NCBI GenBank assembly: GCA_965197745.1
Contig: CBDANS010000006.1
Span: forward strand, 736,001-800,000
DNA: 64,000 nucleotides
Source of the DNA: Opitutales bacterium
Lineage (GTDB): Bacteria > Verrucomicrobiota > Verrucomicrobiia > Opitutales > PNEW01
Reading direction: 5' to 3'
Below, in pieces: positions 18,936 through 28,452 of this stretch (positions within the stretch are counted from its first letter, which is position 1; the number at the start of each line of letters is the position of its first letter). The notes below the pieces were generated by a model. It searched no databases. It was given only the letters and a program-made list of their open reading frames with translations, and was not told the origin of the DNA. The position numbers and the translations under genes are program-made.

Positions 18936-20210
18936 TTGATATTGGGGACCTTTGCAGTTAACTGCACACCGCCGGTCGGATGTCCCGTATCATTCGGGAC
19001 AACGGGCGGTACGACAGATATCAGAGATCCGCTTTTCTTAAGGGGTTTCGTCCTTGATGATGAATACCACAGATGCCTTATTGCAACCATGGATTTTTGC
19101 GGTTTGATGAATAGCGCTTACGATGATCTCGCTGGGGCACTTGCCAAGGCCATTAATGCCCCAATCGAGCGCGTCATCATTCACTGCATCCATCAACATG
19201 ATGCTCCGCTGTTGAACTATGAGATCGAAGCATATCTCAATTGCGAGACCTATCCCAGGCAATGGTGGACCGATGTGCTGGAGAAATGTGCTCAATCTGC
19301 GGCGGAATGTCTTGATAGGATGGTCACTATATCCTCTCTGGGATACAACGAAACCCGACTCCACGGCTATGCGTCGAACAGAAGGATCCTGGGACACGAC
19401 GGGAAGGTAGTCGGTATGAGGTCCAGTAAATGCAGTGACTCTGCGCTCAAAAATGAACCTGTAGGAGTCATCGATCCGATGCTCAGGACGGTGGCCTTCA
19501 AAGATTCATCGGACAAGATAGCGGGGTCAATGAGTTTTTATGCGACACATCCCCAGGTCTCGAATGGCAGGAACATCTACAGCGCCGATGCTCAAGGTGA
19601 AGCGTTGAATATCCTGGCAGGGCACTTGGAAGATGGACTACACGGGTTCTTCACCGGAGCGGGTGGAAACGTTGCAGCAGGTAAATATTCTTCTGCAACC
19701 GATCTGGAGAGCAACCTTCTCAAGTTCGGAAAGATCCTGGCGGATGGGATTCGCCTGAACCTTGGCGCAATGAAATGGGAAGAGGCAAGAGAACTGCACT
19801 GGCATTCGACTGACTTCCCTTTCCCGTTCCAACAGATGGACAAGGACGATCTGTTAAGTCAGATCAACGATGAAAGCGCCAGTCACGACGAAAGGCTTCA
19901 AAAAGCTGTTCTCCTGACCTGCCTTGAATATGAAAAAAACGCGTCATATCATCTGTCTCTACTGAGGACAGGGAGTGTCAAAATGCTATTTTTGCCAGGT
20001 GAGCCCTTTGTTGAATATCAACTTTATGCTCAGTCACTCATCCCTGATGAGTTCCTGGCCGTTGTGGGCAATTGCAGTGATAATTTCTTGTATCTGCCTT
20101 TGGCGAAGCATTTCGATGAGGGAGGATACGAGGTGGATTCATTCTGTTGGTGCACAATGGACTTTGAGAGACGTTTCAAGAAAGCTCTGCCCAGCGTGCT
20201 CTTAAGATAG
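18936..20210 (+). CDS. Neutral-ceramidase-like amidohydrolase (cassette ORF)
   Basis: DPLFLRGFVL, HQHDAP, YATHP, GAGGNV, LPGEPFVEYQL, EGGYE. Confidence 0.75.
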   Translation: MILGTFAVNCTPPVGCPVSFGTTGGTTDIRDPLFLRGFVLDDEYHRCLIATMDFCGLMNSAYDDLAGALAKAINAPIERVIIHCIHQHDAPLLNYEIEAYLNCETYPRQWWTDVLEKCAQSAAECLDRMVTISSLGYNETRLHGYASNRRILGHDGKVVGMRSSKCSDSALKNEPVGVIDPMLRTVAFKDSSDKIAGSMSFYATHPQVSNGRNIYSADAQGEALNILAGHLEDGLHGFFTGAGGNVAAGKYSSATDLESNLLKFGKILADGIRLNLGAMKWEEARELHWHSTDFPFPFQQMDKDDLLSQINDESASHDERLQKAVLLTCLEYEKNASYHLSLLRTGSVKMLFLPGEPFVEYQLYAQSLIPDEFLAVVGNCSDNFLYLPLAKHFDEGGYEVDSFCWCTMDFERRFKKALPSVLLR

Positions 20211-20223
20211 ATGCTTATGTGAT

Positions 20224-20283
20224 ACATAACATGCCGCTCCAGCGGACGCGAAATAAGCGCGGCACTGAGCTTAATCGTTAGTA
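20224..20283 (+). other. attC site
   Basis: ACATAAC...GTTAGTA; R'' is the exact complement of the cassette-opening GTTATGT; similar to the 18153 site (CTCCAGCGGACGCG). Confidence 0.9.
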
Positions 20284-20636
20284 GAATCCGCTTATTCTAA
20301 GCCGCATCAAACAATCGAAAATAGATAACATCAGCTCGCAATCAAAACGCTTCCTCAGCGATCCTCCAGCGTTGTGGTGCTTTGCGTAACGAAACTAAAA
20401 GCAAAATTGCAGTGCGTCATCTCATATCATCGATTTAATATTATATTAATATATATTGGGATAAAAATAGTGATATAAAAATAAACCTTTCTTGATTATT
20501 AAGCACTTAAAACATCAAACCAACAGTTTATACATCAATTGTTATAAGTACTATATCCTCTATTGTAAATTTACTCACCCGATGCCTTGAACTAAGAATA
20601 TCTGCCTAATTTTCGGATTCTTGGCCGCTCGAGTCG

Positions 20637-21632
20637 TCAAGCACCGGAGCTTATCTCCAACCACTCCAACGGCGGGAACGGTTCCCCGAAAAGTGCTTGC
20701 GTCAGCTCACCCCAGAGTCGTTCCGCATTGTCACTGTTGCCCATAAATACCGCGCCGGTACGGGATTCGGGAAAGCCGATAACGAACGAGCGTGTGCAAG
20801 GTCTTGCGCCCCACTGCCACGCAGCGAGCTGGTCGTCGCCGCGATGGATCCCCCATCCCAAACCCCAATGGATCGAGCTGTTGACCGGGACTTGCGGCGT
20901 GAACATCGCACGGTGCAGATCATCTGAAAGTCGAAGCGGATGGTCGCGAGGCTGTGTCAGCACGAAGCGCAGGAAGCGGGCGTAATCCAGCACGCTGCAG
21001 TGAAGACTAGCGGCGGCATTCATCTCGGGCAGAATTGCCTTCGGTCTGGATTTACCATCCGCATCGTGCGTATGCGCAACGGGCAGGTCCTCGTTCCCTG
21101 TCCACACGAACGCAGCGCCTTGCATCTCGAGGGGCGTCATCACCTCCCGCGCGATGTAAGCGTATACCGCGTCGTCGACTAACGTATCCACAACGTGCTG
21201 CAGGTAAAGGAAGCCTTCGCCCGAATAGGAGAATTGTCGGCCGGGGGCAAAGTGCGTTCGCAGCACATCTTCACCTCGCATGTTCGGAAATCCCGACGCG
21301 TGGCTCAACACATGGCGGGTGGTGATCGCGTTGACGCGCTCGTCCTCCACGTAGTCGTGGTCGAGGTATGCGCGAAGAGGTCGATCAAGTTCCAGAAGTT
21401 CCGCCTCGCAGAGCTTCAGGACGGCATACGCGAACACCTGCTTGCTGAGCGAAGCCGCTTCGAAGACCGACGTCGATGTCACCGGTTCATTCGTGTCGGT
21501 GCACAGCACGCCGAAGTTCTGGTTCCAGGCGATTTCACCGTCTATCACAACGCAAACACAGAGACCGGGCACTGTCTCGCGCGCCATCCACTCGGGGATG
21601 GCTGCAGTGAGAGAGGTAAAGTCAATGTTCAT
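20637..21632 (-). CDS. Serine hydrolase, beta-lactamase class C/PBP family
   Basis: ASLSK (SxxK), LSHASGF, FSYSGEG, WGLGW; visibly more GC-rich than its flanks. Confidence 0.9.
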   Translation of the reverse strand: MNIDFTSLTAAIPEWMARETVPGLCVCVVIDGEIAWNQNFGVLCTDTNEPVTSTSVFEAASLSKQVFAYAVLKLCEAELLELDRPLRAYLDHDYVEDERVNAITTRHVLSHASGFPNMRGEDVLRTHFAPGRQFSYSGEGFLYLQHVVDTLVDDAVYAYIAREVMTPLEMQGAAFVWTGNEDLPVAHTHDADGKSRPKAILPEMNAAASLHCSVLDYARFLRFVLTQPRDHPLRLSDDLHRAMFTPQVPVNSSIHWGLGWGIHRGDDQLAAWQWGARPCTRSFVIGFPESRTGAVFMGNSDNAERLWGELTQALFGEPFPPLEWLEISSGA

Positions 21633-21727
21633 CGTTCAGATAAGAAATCGCTGTTGTTTATACATCAACTGACTAAAATGCCTCATATACCATCATGTAA
21701 TTACCCTTTATCAGATAACGGTCCCAC

Positions 21728-23641
21728 CTACTCTATCGTTACCTCTTCCACAGTGACAGAGATTTCCTGACTATCTGCGTTTACGAATGTCGCAGCAATG
21801 CTCTGTGTCGGCTGAGGAGTGTTGTCGGACTTGAAGTTATTCTGGGAGATCAAAGTTTCAAATCCCGTCGTCGTCGATCCACTCTCCGCGATGACAACTG
21901 CGACACCGTTTGTCTGCAATAGATCGCCACCGGTGATACGTAATCCGGAGTTGCCGGCTGCAACGGTGAAAGATCCCTCACCAAACAAGAGGTGAGGTAC
22001 TGCATCGCCACTGGCTTCGATGTCGCCAACGGTTAAACGCACAGCGATCGGTACTCCGCGTGCATCGACGCCCACTTTGCCCGTGCTACCACTGAAGACA
22101 GTGTTCGACAGTTGCATCCCACCAATCCCCGTGGAGTTGATCACTTCTACCAGGGTGACGTCGGCTTTTGCATCATAGACCTGTCCCTCGGGGAACAGAG
22201 CCTGGTTCACCGCGTTGATTGATCCCACGGTGAAGATACTGAAGAAAGTATTCGCGTCAGCTCCGTCGATAACGACGCTCGGTTTTCCGGTCACGTACTC
22301 GACTGCCTGGTTATAGCGAGGGGGAGTGGCCTGGGGCAGGAAGGTGGCTGGATCGAGGGTGACGGTAAAGGAACCTGCACCCGAAAACTCTACCTGCACG
22401 ATGTCCTCGGTTTCATCCATGAAGGAGACGCGTGTGATTTGATTCGGTCTTGCCTGCAGCCGGATCGATTCTCCAGTGAGCAGGATCTGGTCAAAGATAT
22501 TGCCATTCGGATGCATGATATTCTCGCCCGCGATATCACCGGTTCCTACAAGGACCAGCGGCACGGACGGGGCTGCTACGGTGATGACCGCGGTATCACT
22601 ATTGGTGCTCCCTCCGGCATTGGTTACCTCTACCCAGAAGTTGGTGCTTTGGGTAAGAGCACTGATGGTGAAGGTGCTGCTCGTGGCACCGGCGATGGGA
22701 CCGGCGGTGTTACCGCTGTTTCCGGTATACCATTGGTAGGTGAGATCATCGCCGCTGGCTGCGACGGACAAGCTTACCGATGAGCCGGCCTCTACTTCCT
22801 GGCTCGCGGGTTGAGTCGTGATCGAGGGAGCACTGGGACCTTCCCCGTTATTAGAATCGGTAGTGAGACTAAATGCATAAGCTGCGCCTTTACCAGTTGA
22901 TGTGTCGGGAAATATGAATTGAAGCGCTCCCACTACCACCGTGTCGCCACTGATTGCTCCAGAAAAGCCAAAAAAGTCATCCACTGCCCCATCGCTGGCC
23001 AATAGCTTAGTTACTTGGCCCCAATTGCCGATTCCTCCTTGGTTGCGTTCATATACGTAGGTTGAGCCGGAATCGATACCGTTGTCATCGTCTCCACCAA
23101 CCCCAACCACCACCGTGTCGCCGCTGATCGCTACAGAAAAGCCAAAGAAGTCATGCACTGTGCCATCGCTGGCCAATAGCTTAGTTACTTGACCCCAATT
23201 ATCGATCCCCCCTTGATCGCGTTCAAATACGTAGGCTGAGCCGGAATTGATGCCGTTGTCATCGTCGAGAACCGCGCCAACTACCACCGTGTTACCGCTG
23301 ATTGCTACAGAAAAGCCAAAGCGGTCACCCGCTGCGCCATCACTGTCCAATAGCTTAGTTACTTGGCCCCAATTATCGATCCCCCCTTGATCGCGTTCAA
23401 ATATGTCGGCTGAGCCGGAATCGATGCCGTTGTCATCGTCTCCACCAGCCCCAACCACCACCGTGTCACCGCTGATCGCTACAGAAAAACCAAAAAAGTC
23501 ACCCTCCACTCCATCGCTGGCCAATAGCTTGGCCGACTCTTCAATTACTGTTGATTGGGCGTGTAGCATGTTAATTATAAACATACTTATCGCTAACAAT
23601 AAAAACGTAATGGCAGCGATGGGATTGCCCTTTAGGAACAT
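21728..23641 (-). CDS. Secreted FG-GAP repeat + Ig-like protein with shared C-terminal domain
   Basis: Four KLLASDGxxxDxFGFSVAISGDTVVVGA repeats; PSITTQPASQ...YQWY Ig domain; HPNGNIFDQILLTG...EEVTIE. Confidence 0.88.
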   Translation of the reverse strand: MFLKGNPIAAITFLLLAISMFIINMLHAQSTVIEESAKLLASDGVEGDFFGFSVAISGDTVVVGAGGDDDNGIDSGSADIFERDQGGIDNWGQVTKLLDSDGAAGDRFGFSVAISGNTVVVGAVLDDDNGINSGSAYVFERDQGGIDNWGQVTKLLASDGTVHDFFGFSVAISGDTVVVGVGGDDDNGIDSGSTYVYERNQGGIGNWGQVTKLLASDGAVDDFFGFSGAISGDTVVVGALQFIFPDTSTGKGAAYAFSLTTDSNNGEGPSAPSITTQPASQEVEAGSSVSLSVAASGDDLTYQWYTGNSGNTAGPIAGATSSTFTISALTQSTNFWVEVTNAGGSTNSDTAVITVAAPSVPLVLVGTGDIAGENIMHPNGNIFDQILLTGESIRLQARPNQITRVSFMDETEDIVQVEFSGAGSFTVTLDPATFLPQATPPRYNQAVEYVTGKPSVVIDGADANTFFSIFTVGSINAVNQALFPEGQVYDAKADVTLVEVINSTGIGGMQLSNTVFSGSTGKVGVDARGVPIAVRLTVGDIEASGDAVPHLLFGEGSFTVAAGNSGLRITGGDLLQTNGVAVVIAESGSTTTGFETLISQNNFKSDNTPQPTQSIAATFVNADSQEISVTVEEVTIE

Positions 23642-24056
23642 TACTTGCTGGGTTTGGTTAGTTTGCTAACTTAACTTTAAATTAACTATAATTGAGGGTG
23701 CCCGGTTCCCGTTTTGCGTGCATGAGCCAAAGTTAGATCCGGTAGAGTGGTCATGAAACCAGGTTAGACGAATAATGTGACAGCGATAATTAATAGCCAC
23801 TGCTTCACTTTAGAAATTAATTAGCTTTTGTTCAAAGGCGACCGTTAGAGCGCACGACTTTATGATTTAAACAGGTGAATGGCAGAGTGCAAGTTTGCAG
23901 TGCGTCACTCTTATTACAAAAGATGTAGTATCCGCCAAAACCGATTTTATTACACTAAGGTTAGGGAAAGTTGACACCCCCCGCCCCCCCCGTGCAATTA
24001 ACTGGAATTAGATAGCTATTTTATTATTTATCTAGTTTTTCAGATAGGTTTGTATC

Positions 24057-24205
24057 CACCAGAAATGCACCGGGTCGAATTTATAATTCATAATTCATAA
24101 ATTCAATCCACTGTACTATTTAAGTTGGATTTCCCTAAGAGACAGCAGCGCTCTCTTCCAAGCTTCCTATTTAGTGATGGTAGGCTTCAGCTGTAGCGCC
24201 AACTT
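24057..24205. repeat. Composite junction: copy of tRNA-upstream repeat plus remnant of the Sel1-membrane gene 3' end
   Basis: 24057-24093 ~ 8773-8809; 24086-24109 = 28016-28039; 24120-24205 ~ 11758-11842 and 14217-14300. Confidence 0.8.
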
Positions 24206-24211
24206 AATAAC

Positions 24212-25762
24212 TTATGGTGTAGGACGAAAGCAAAAAGAATAGAGGTCCGCGTCTTTGCAAACAAAACGCAGGCGAACGGGTTGTCCTGCCAGCTTGCCAA
24301 GATTTGAAGAATCCGACCAGTCTACCTTGCGCTCGATGGAGTCGCCAAAAACAGGAGGACAATCCGCCAAAGCAAAACCTTCTATCGGTTTGCCCGATTC
24401 ACTTTGTATTTCGACTTGGACACCACCAGCGGCGGAGCTCGAGAAGTTGATGACCATCTTATTCCCATCGAAAACAAGCGGCTTGGTGACCAGTTCACCG
24501 CCGCTAAGGGGTGCGCTGACCGAAACGAATCCATCGATGCGCAGCGTATAGCGGCGAAGCTGATTGCTGGTACCTGTCCAATAACTTTCAGTGGCATAGA
24601 GCGACAGCTCGTTCGGAGCGTCTTCAAATCTCGACTTCGTTTCAACCAGATGCCAGGCGATGTACTGGTTGCCGTAGGCCCAACTGTGCTTTCGCTCGAT
24701 TCCCGGTCGCAGAAACGCTTCATCCCATCGTTTGAAAGTATGTCCGTCTCGACTGGTCATGAAGAGGGCTTCGGTAACCGCGCTGCCGAAACGGGGATCG
24801 AGCCCATCCCCATCGATGTCGACAATAGGACCGGCTCGCTGCCGGCGTTTGGAAAATTCCGGCAGGGCACGTGTTGAGTCCGTCCATCCGCGGTCGATAT
24901 AGCGGTTAGGAAAGCCGACGAGGATATGAGGCGCGCGGTAGTAGGGCTTAACCTGGTTTGTGTAAAGTTGCTCTGGTTGAGAACCAGGGTATTCGAGAGG
25001 AACTGGATCGATCCAATTCAAATAGTCTTTCGAGGTCATCGTCATGATGTCACGGAGGTTATTCGGCCAGAAGCGAAAGTAGAGACGGTAGAACCCGTGG
25101 GCAGAATCCCAAAAGGCCAAGTTTTGCGAATCAAAAAAACCTGCACTGTCGAAGTTCGACAGTTCGCTTTTCGTAATGATCCTTTTGTCACTCATTGCCG
25201 TCCAGTGAATGCCGTCGGGCGACCTGTAGGCCAGCAATCCTTTGAAATCACCGGATACGCGTATGGCTTTGTAACGTGCATCGGGAGCAGCTTCTGGATT
25301 TGTGTCTTTGAACACCGCGGGATGTCCTGCGTCGACAATCTTGCTGTCAGCCCAAATAATGTTGTTCTGCTTCGACCCGTTGAATTCGACGAGTCCGAGT
25401 TTGGGCTTTCGCCAGTGAATACCGTCATCGCTTACAGCGTAACATGTGAATAGCGGATGCGGTATAGTCAACTTACCCTCGGTGGTGGTAAGCTGCCACG
25501 CCTTGTAGTATAAACGAAAGAGATCGTCATCTTGAAAGACGCTGTGATATCCGCTGCCGTTGCCTTCCCAGGGCTGGTCGTGCACGATCGCCACTTCCTG
25601 CGGCGTTGGATGTTGTAAGATCAGTCGGGCTCCATCAGACAACGCGTCGATCAAATAATCATCGACGAACAGCTCCAAACGCGAACCGATATCGATCGGT
25701 TGTTGGGCAATGCTGGAAATGACAGCACAAGTGAGAATGAGTGCTGTTGATAATAATTTCAT
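24212..25762 (-). CDS. Beta-propeller glycosidase-like protein, paralog 2 (no Ig insert)
   Basis: Highly similar to the 14427 and 25803 proteins; NNIIWADSKIVDAGH is uninterrupted. Confidence 0.78.
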   Translation of the reverse strand: MKLLSTALILTCAVISSIAQQPIDIGSRLELFVDDYLIDALSDGARLILQHPTPQEVAIVHDQPWEGNGSGYHSVFQDDDLFRLYYKAWQLTTTEGKLTIPHPLFTCYAVSDDGIHWRKPKLGLVEFNGSKQNNIIWADSKIVDAGHPAVFKDTNPEAAPDARYKAIRVSGDFKGLLAYRSPDGIHWTAMSDKRIITKSELSNFDSAGFFDSQNLAFWDSAHGFYRLYFRFWPNNLRDIMTMTSKDYLNWIDPVPLEYPGSQPEQLYTNQVKPYYRAPHILVGFPNRYIDRGWTDSTRALPEFSKRRQRAGPIVDIDGDGLDPRFGSAVTEALFMTSRDGHTFKRWDEAFLRPGIERKHSWAYGNQYIAWHLVETKSRFEDAPNELSLYATESYWTGTSNQLRRYTLRIDGFVSVSAPLSGGELVTKPLVFDGNKMVINFSSSAAGGVQVEIQSESGKPIEGFALADCPPVFGDSIERKVDWSDSSNLGKLAGQPVRLRFVCKDADLYSFCFRPTP

Positions 25763-25802
25763 AGCGGAGAATTTCGGTTACAATGGCCGTTTTGTTAATA
25801 AC

Positions 25803-27689
25803 TTACGGCGTAGGACGAAAGCGAAAGGAATAGAGGTCCGCGTCTTTGCAAACAAAACGCAGGCGAACGGGTTGTCCTGCCAGCTTGCCAAGATTTGAAG
25901 AATCCGACCAGTTTACCTTGCGCTCGATGGAGTCGCCAAAAACAGGAGGACAATCGGCCAAGGTAAATCCTTTTATCGGTTTGCCCGATTCATCCTGGAT
26001 TTCGACTTGGACACCACCGACGGCGGAGCTCGAGAAATTAATGACCATTTCGTTCCCATCGAATACAAGCGGTCTGGTAAGTACTTCACCGCCGCTGAGA
26101 GGGGCGTTGACCGATACGAATCCATCGATGCGCATCGTATAGCGACGGAGTTGACTGCTGGTGCCAGTCCAGTAACTTTCGGTAGCATAGAGCGACAGCT
26201 CGTTTGGAGCGTCTTCATATTTCGACTTCGTTTCAACCACTTGCCAGGCAATGTAATTGTTGCCGTAACCCCAACTGTGCTTTCGCTCGATGCCCGGTCG
26301 CAGAAACGCTTCATCCCATCGTTTGAAAGTCTGTCCGTCCCGGCTGGTCATGAACAGGGCTTCGGTGACCACGCTGCCGTAAGGTGGATAAGGACCGGCA
26401 CGTTTAAGACGCTCGGATAATTCCGGCAGTGCACGTGTTGAATCCGTCCATCCGCGGTCGATATAGCGGGTAGGAAAGCCGATAAGAATATGAGGCGCTC
26501 GGTAATACGGTTTGATCTGGTTGGTGTATAAATGATCGGGCCGCGCGCCAAGGTATTTTAGACGGACGGGTTCGACCCAGTTCACAAAGTCTTTCGACGT
26601 CATCGTCATTATGTCGCGGCGCTCATCCGGCCAGGAACGAAAGTAGAGACGGTAAAGACCGCTGGTAGTATCCCAAAAAGCCAGGTTTTGCGAATCGAAA
26701 TAAGTACTTTTTACGTTTGGTTCAAAGATCTTCATTTCGCTTTCTGAAATGATCTTTTTGTCACTCATCGCTGTCCAATGAATGCCGTCAGCCGACTTGA
26801 AAACCATTAACCCTTCGAAATCACCGGATACACGGATAGCTTTGTAACGTGCATCCGGTGGCGCTTCGGGGTTTGTGTCTTTAAACACCACGGAACATCC
26901 GGCGTCGACGGTATTGAGAAATATCGGTCCAAACACGTTCCCGTCAAATCTGGGTGTATTTTCTCCGGAAATATTTCCTGTTGCGTCGTGGACCTGATGA
27001 TCGGAGGGATCGATTACAGTGATGATCGAGGTATCACTGTTAATATAAACTCCGGCTTTCGTTGTTATTTGGCCCCAGAAGTTTGTGCTCTCATTGAGAG
27101 GGCCGGTATTCAACGTGTTGCTGGTTGCACCTGCGATGGGCTTTGAAGTGTCACCCGGTTTGCCGATATACCATTGATAGGTGAGATCATCGCCGCTTGC
27201 GACAATGGATATAACTACGGCTGTGCCCGACGGCACTTCGTAGTCGGTCAGGTTGTCGCCAAACATGATATTGTTTTTCTTTGATCCCTTGAATTTAATG
27301 AGTCCCAGTTCGGGTTTACGCCAGTGAATACCATCGTCACTTTCGGCGTAACACAGGTATATTGGGTGCCGAGTCAATTCACCCTCGGTGGGGGTATATT
27401 GGTTAGCCATATTCAACGTGTTGTTAGCCAAGTAGTATAATCGATACAGATCACCGTCCTGGAAGACGGTGTGATAATTGCAGAGATTGCCCTCCCAGGG
27501 TTCATCGTAGACAATAACTACCTCCTGCCGAGTGGGATGGTGTAAAGTCTGCCGGGCCCCGCTGGACAACTCGTCGATCAAATAATCATCGACGAACAGC
27601 TCCCACCGCGAACCAATGTCGATCGGTTCATGGGCAATGCTGGAAATGACAGCACAAGTGAGAATGAGTACTGTTGATAATAATTTCAT
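25803..27689 (-). CDS. Beta-propeller glycosidase-like protein, paralog 3, with inserted Ig module
   Basis: Same motifs; insert SGDDLTYQWYIG...NFWGQI; upstream ~150 bp duplicated with 16331-16475. Confidence 0.78.
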   Translation of the reverse strand: MKLLSTVLILTCAVISSIAHEPIDIGSRWELFVDDYLIDELSSGARQTLHHPTRQEVVIVYDEPWEGNLCNYHTVFQDGDLYRLYYLANNTLNMANQYTPTEGELTRHPIYLCYAESDDGIHWRKPELGLIKFKGSKKNNIMFGDNLTDYEVPSGTAVVISIVASGDDLTYQWYIGKPGDTSKPIAGATSNTLNTGPLNESTNFWGQITTKAGVYINSDTSIITVIDPSDHQVHDATGNISGENTPRFDGNVFGPIFLNTVDAGCSVVFKDTNPEAPPDARYKAIRVSGDFEGLMVFKSADGIHWTAMSDKKIISESEMKIFEPNVKSTYFDSQNLAFWDTTSGLYRLYFRSWPDERRDIMTMTSKDFVNWVEPVRLKYLGARPDHLYTNQIKPYYRAPHILIGFPTRYIDRGWTDSTRALPELSERLKRAGPYPPYGSVVTEALFMTSRDGQTFKRWDEAFLRPGIERKHSWGYGNNYIAWQVVETKSKYEDAPNELSLYATESYWTGTSSQLRRYTMRIDGFVSVNAPLSGGEVLTRPLVFDGNEMVINFSSSAVGGVQVEIQDESGKPIKGFTLADCPPVFGDSIERKVNWSDSSNLGKLAGQPVRLRFVCKDADLYSFRFRPTP

Positions 27690-28044
27690 AGCGGAGAATT
27701 TCGGTTACAGATTGTGTCTTTGTGATTCTAAAGCATAGCATAAATAAATATCACCCTACCTGAGTGTAGTTAACCCTATCAATAAATCAAGAGAGAGAGA
27801 AAGTGAGAGCAAAGGAAAACATGGGTGTTATCATCTTTTTCAGACTTCTGAGTGCAGCGCCGTACTCAGGACGCTCAGATTGACTAACGGTCCGTTATCC
27901 GGTCTGGGCGTATACACACAATCTTTCACCCCGCCCCCATATGCTGAACTGGATGTTGGACAAAAATTTTATTCTTTATCTAGCTTACAAGAAAGTTTTG
28001 AATGAACAGGGTAGTATTCATAATTCATAAATTCAATCCCCTGC

Positions 28045-28121
<77 letters not shown>

Positions 28122-28211
28122 TTCGACTTCGCTCATGGCGGGCCATCTTTTCGATTCAGCAAGCTTTGCTTGCTTCACTCATGGCAGGTCATTTATTATT
28201 GATTATTTATC

Positions 28212-28297
28212 CATCCTGCCATGACTGAACACGAATGCTGTCTCTTTGATTTACGCGGCTATATAGTTATACCGAACGCATTGACCCCTGAACAGAT
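28212..28297 (+). pseudogene. Duplicated 5' end of the PhyH gene at 29331
   Basis: MTEHECCLFDLRGYIVIPNALTPEQI vs MNEHERYLFDLRGYIVIPNALTPEQI; DNA similar to 29322-29407. Confidence 0.85.
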
Positions 28298-28452
28298 AAT
28301 GAATCCTGGTCTTATGAAAACTGTAGTATTGGCTTGGGGTGGTAAAGAAATTGGCGTGAAACTTTTAGGAGCCGATGCCGATCGACAAGGAATGGCTCGC
28401 AGAAGAAGAACGAAAGCTGGGCAGCTAATCTCAGCGCAACCAGGAGCAGAAG

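Noticed and set aside
20290..20520. Integron integrase remnant after the last attC
   Set aside because: The frames I translated gave only short peptides with no tyrosine-recombinase motifs
20637..21632. Antibiotic-resistance beta-lactamase
   Set aside because: SxxK hydrolase lacking a signal peptide and the KTG motif; more likely an esterase or peptidase
5729..27689. Diversity-generating retroelement behind the paralogous repeats
   Set aside because: No reverse transcriptase in the window, and differences between copies are not adenine-specific by eye
27880..27960. Another attC (GACTAAC...)
   Set aside because: No convincing complementary arm or R' box at a suitable distance
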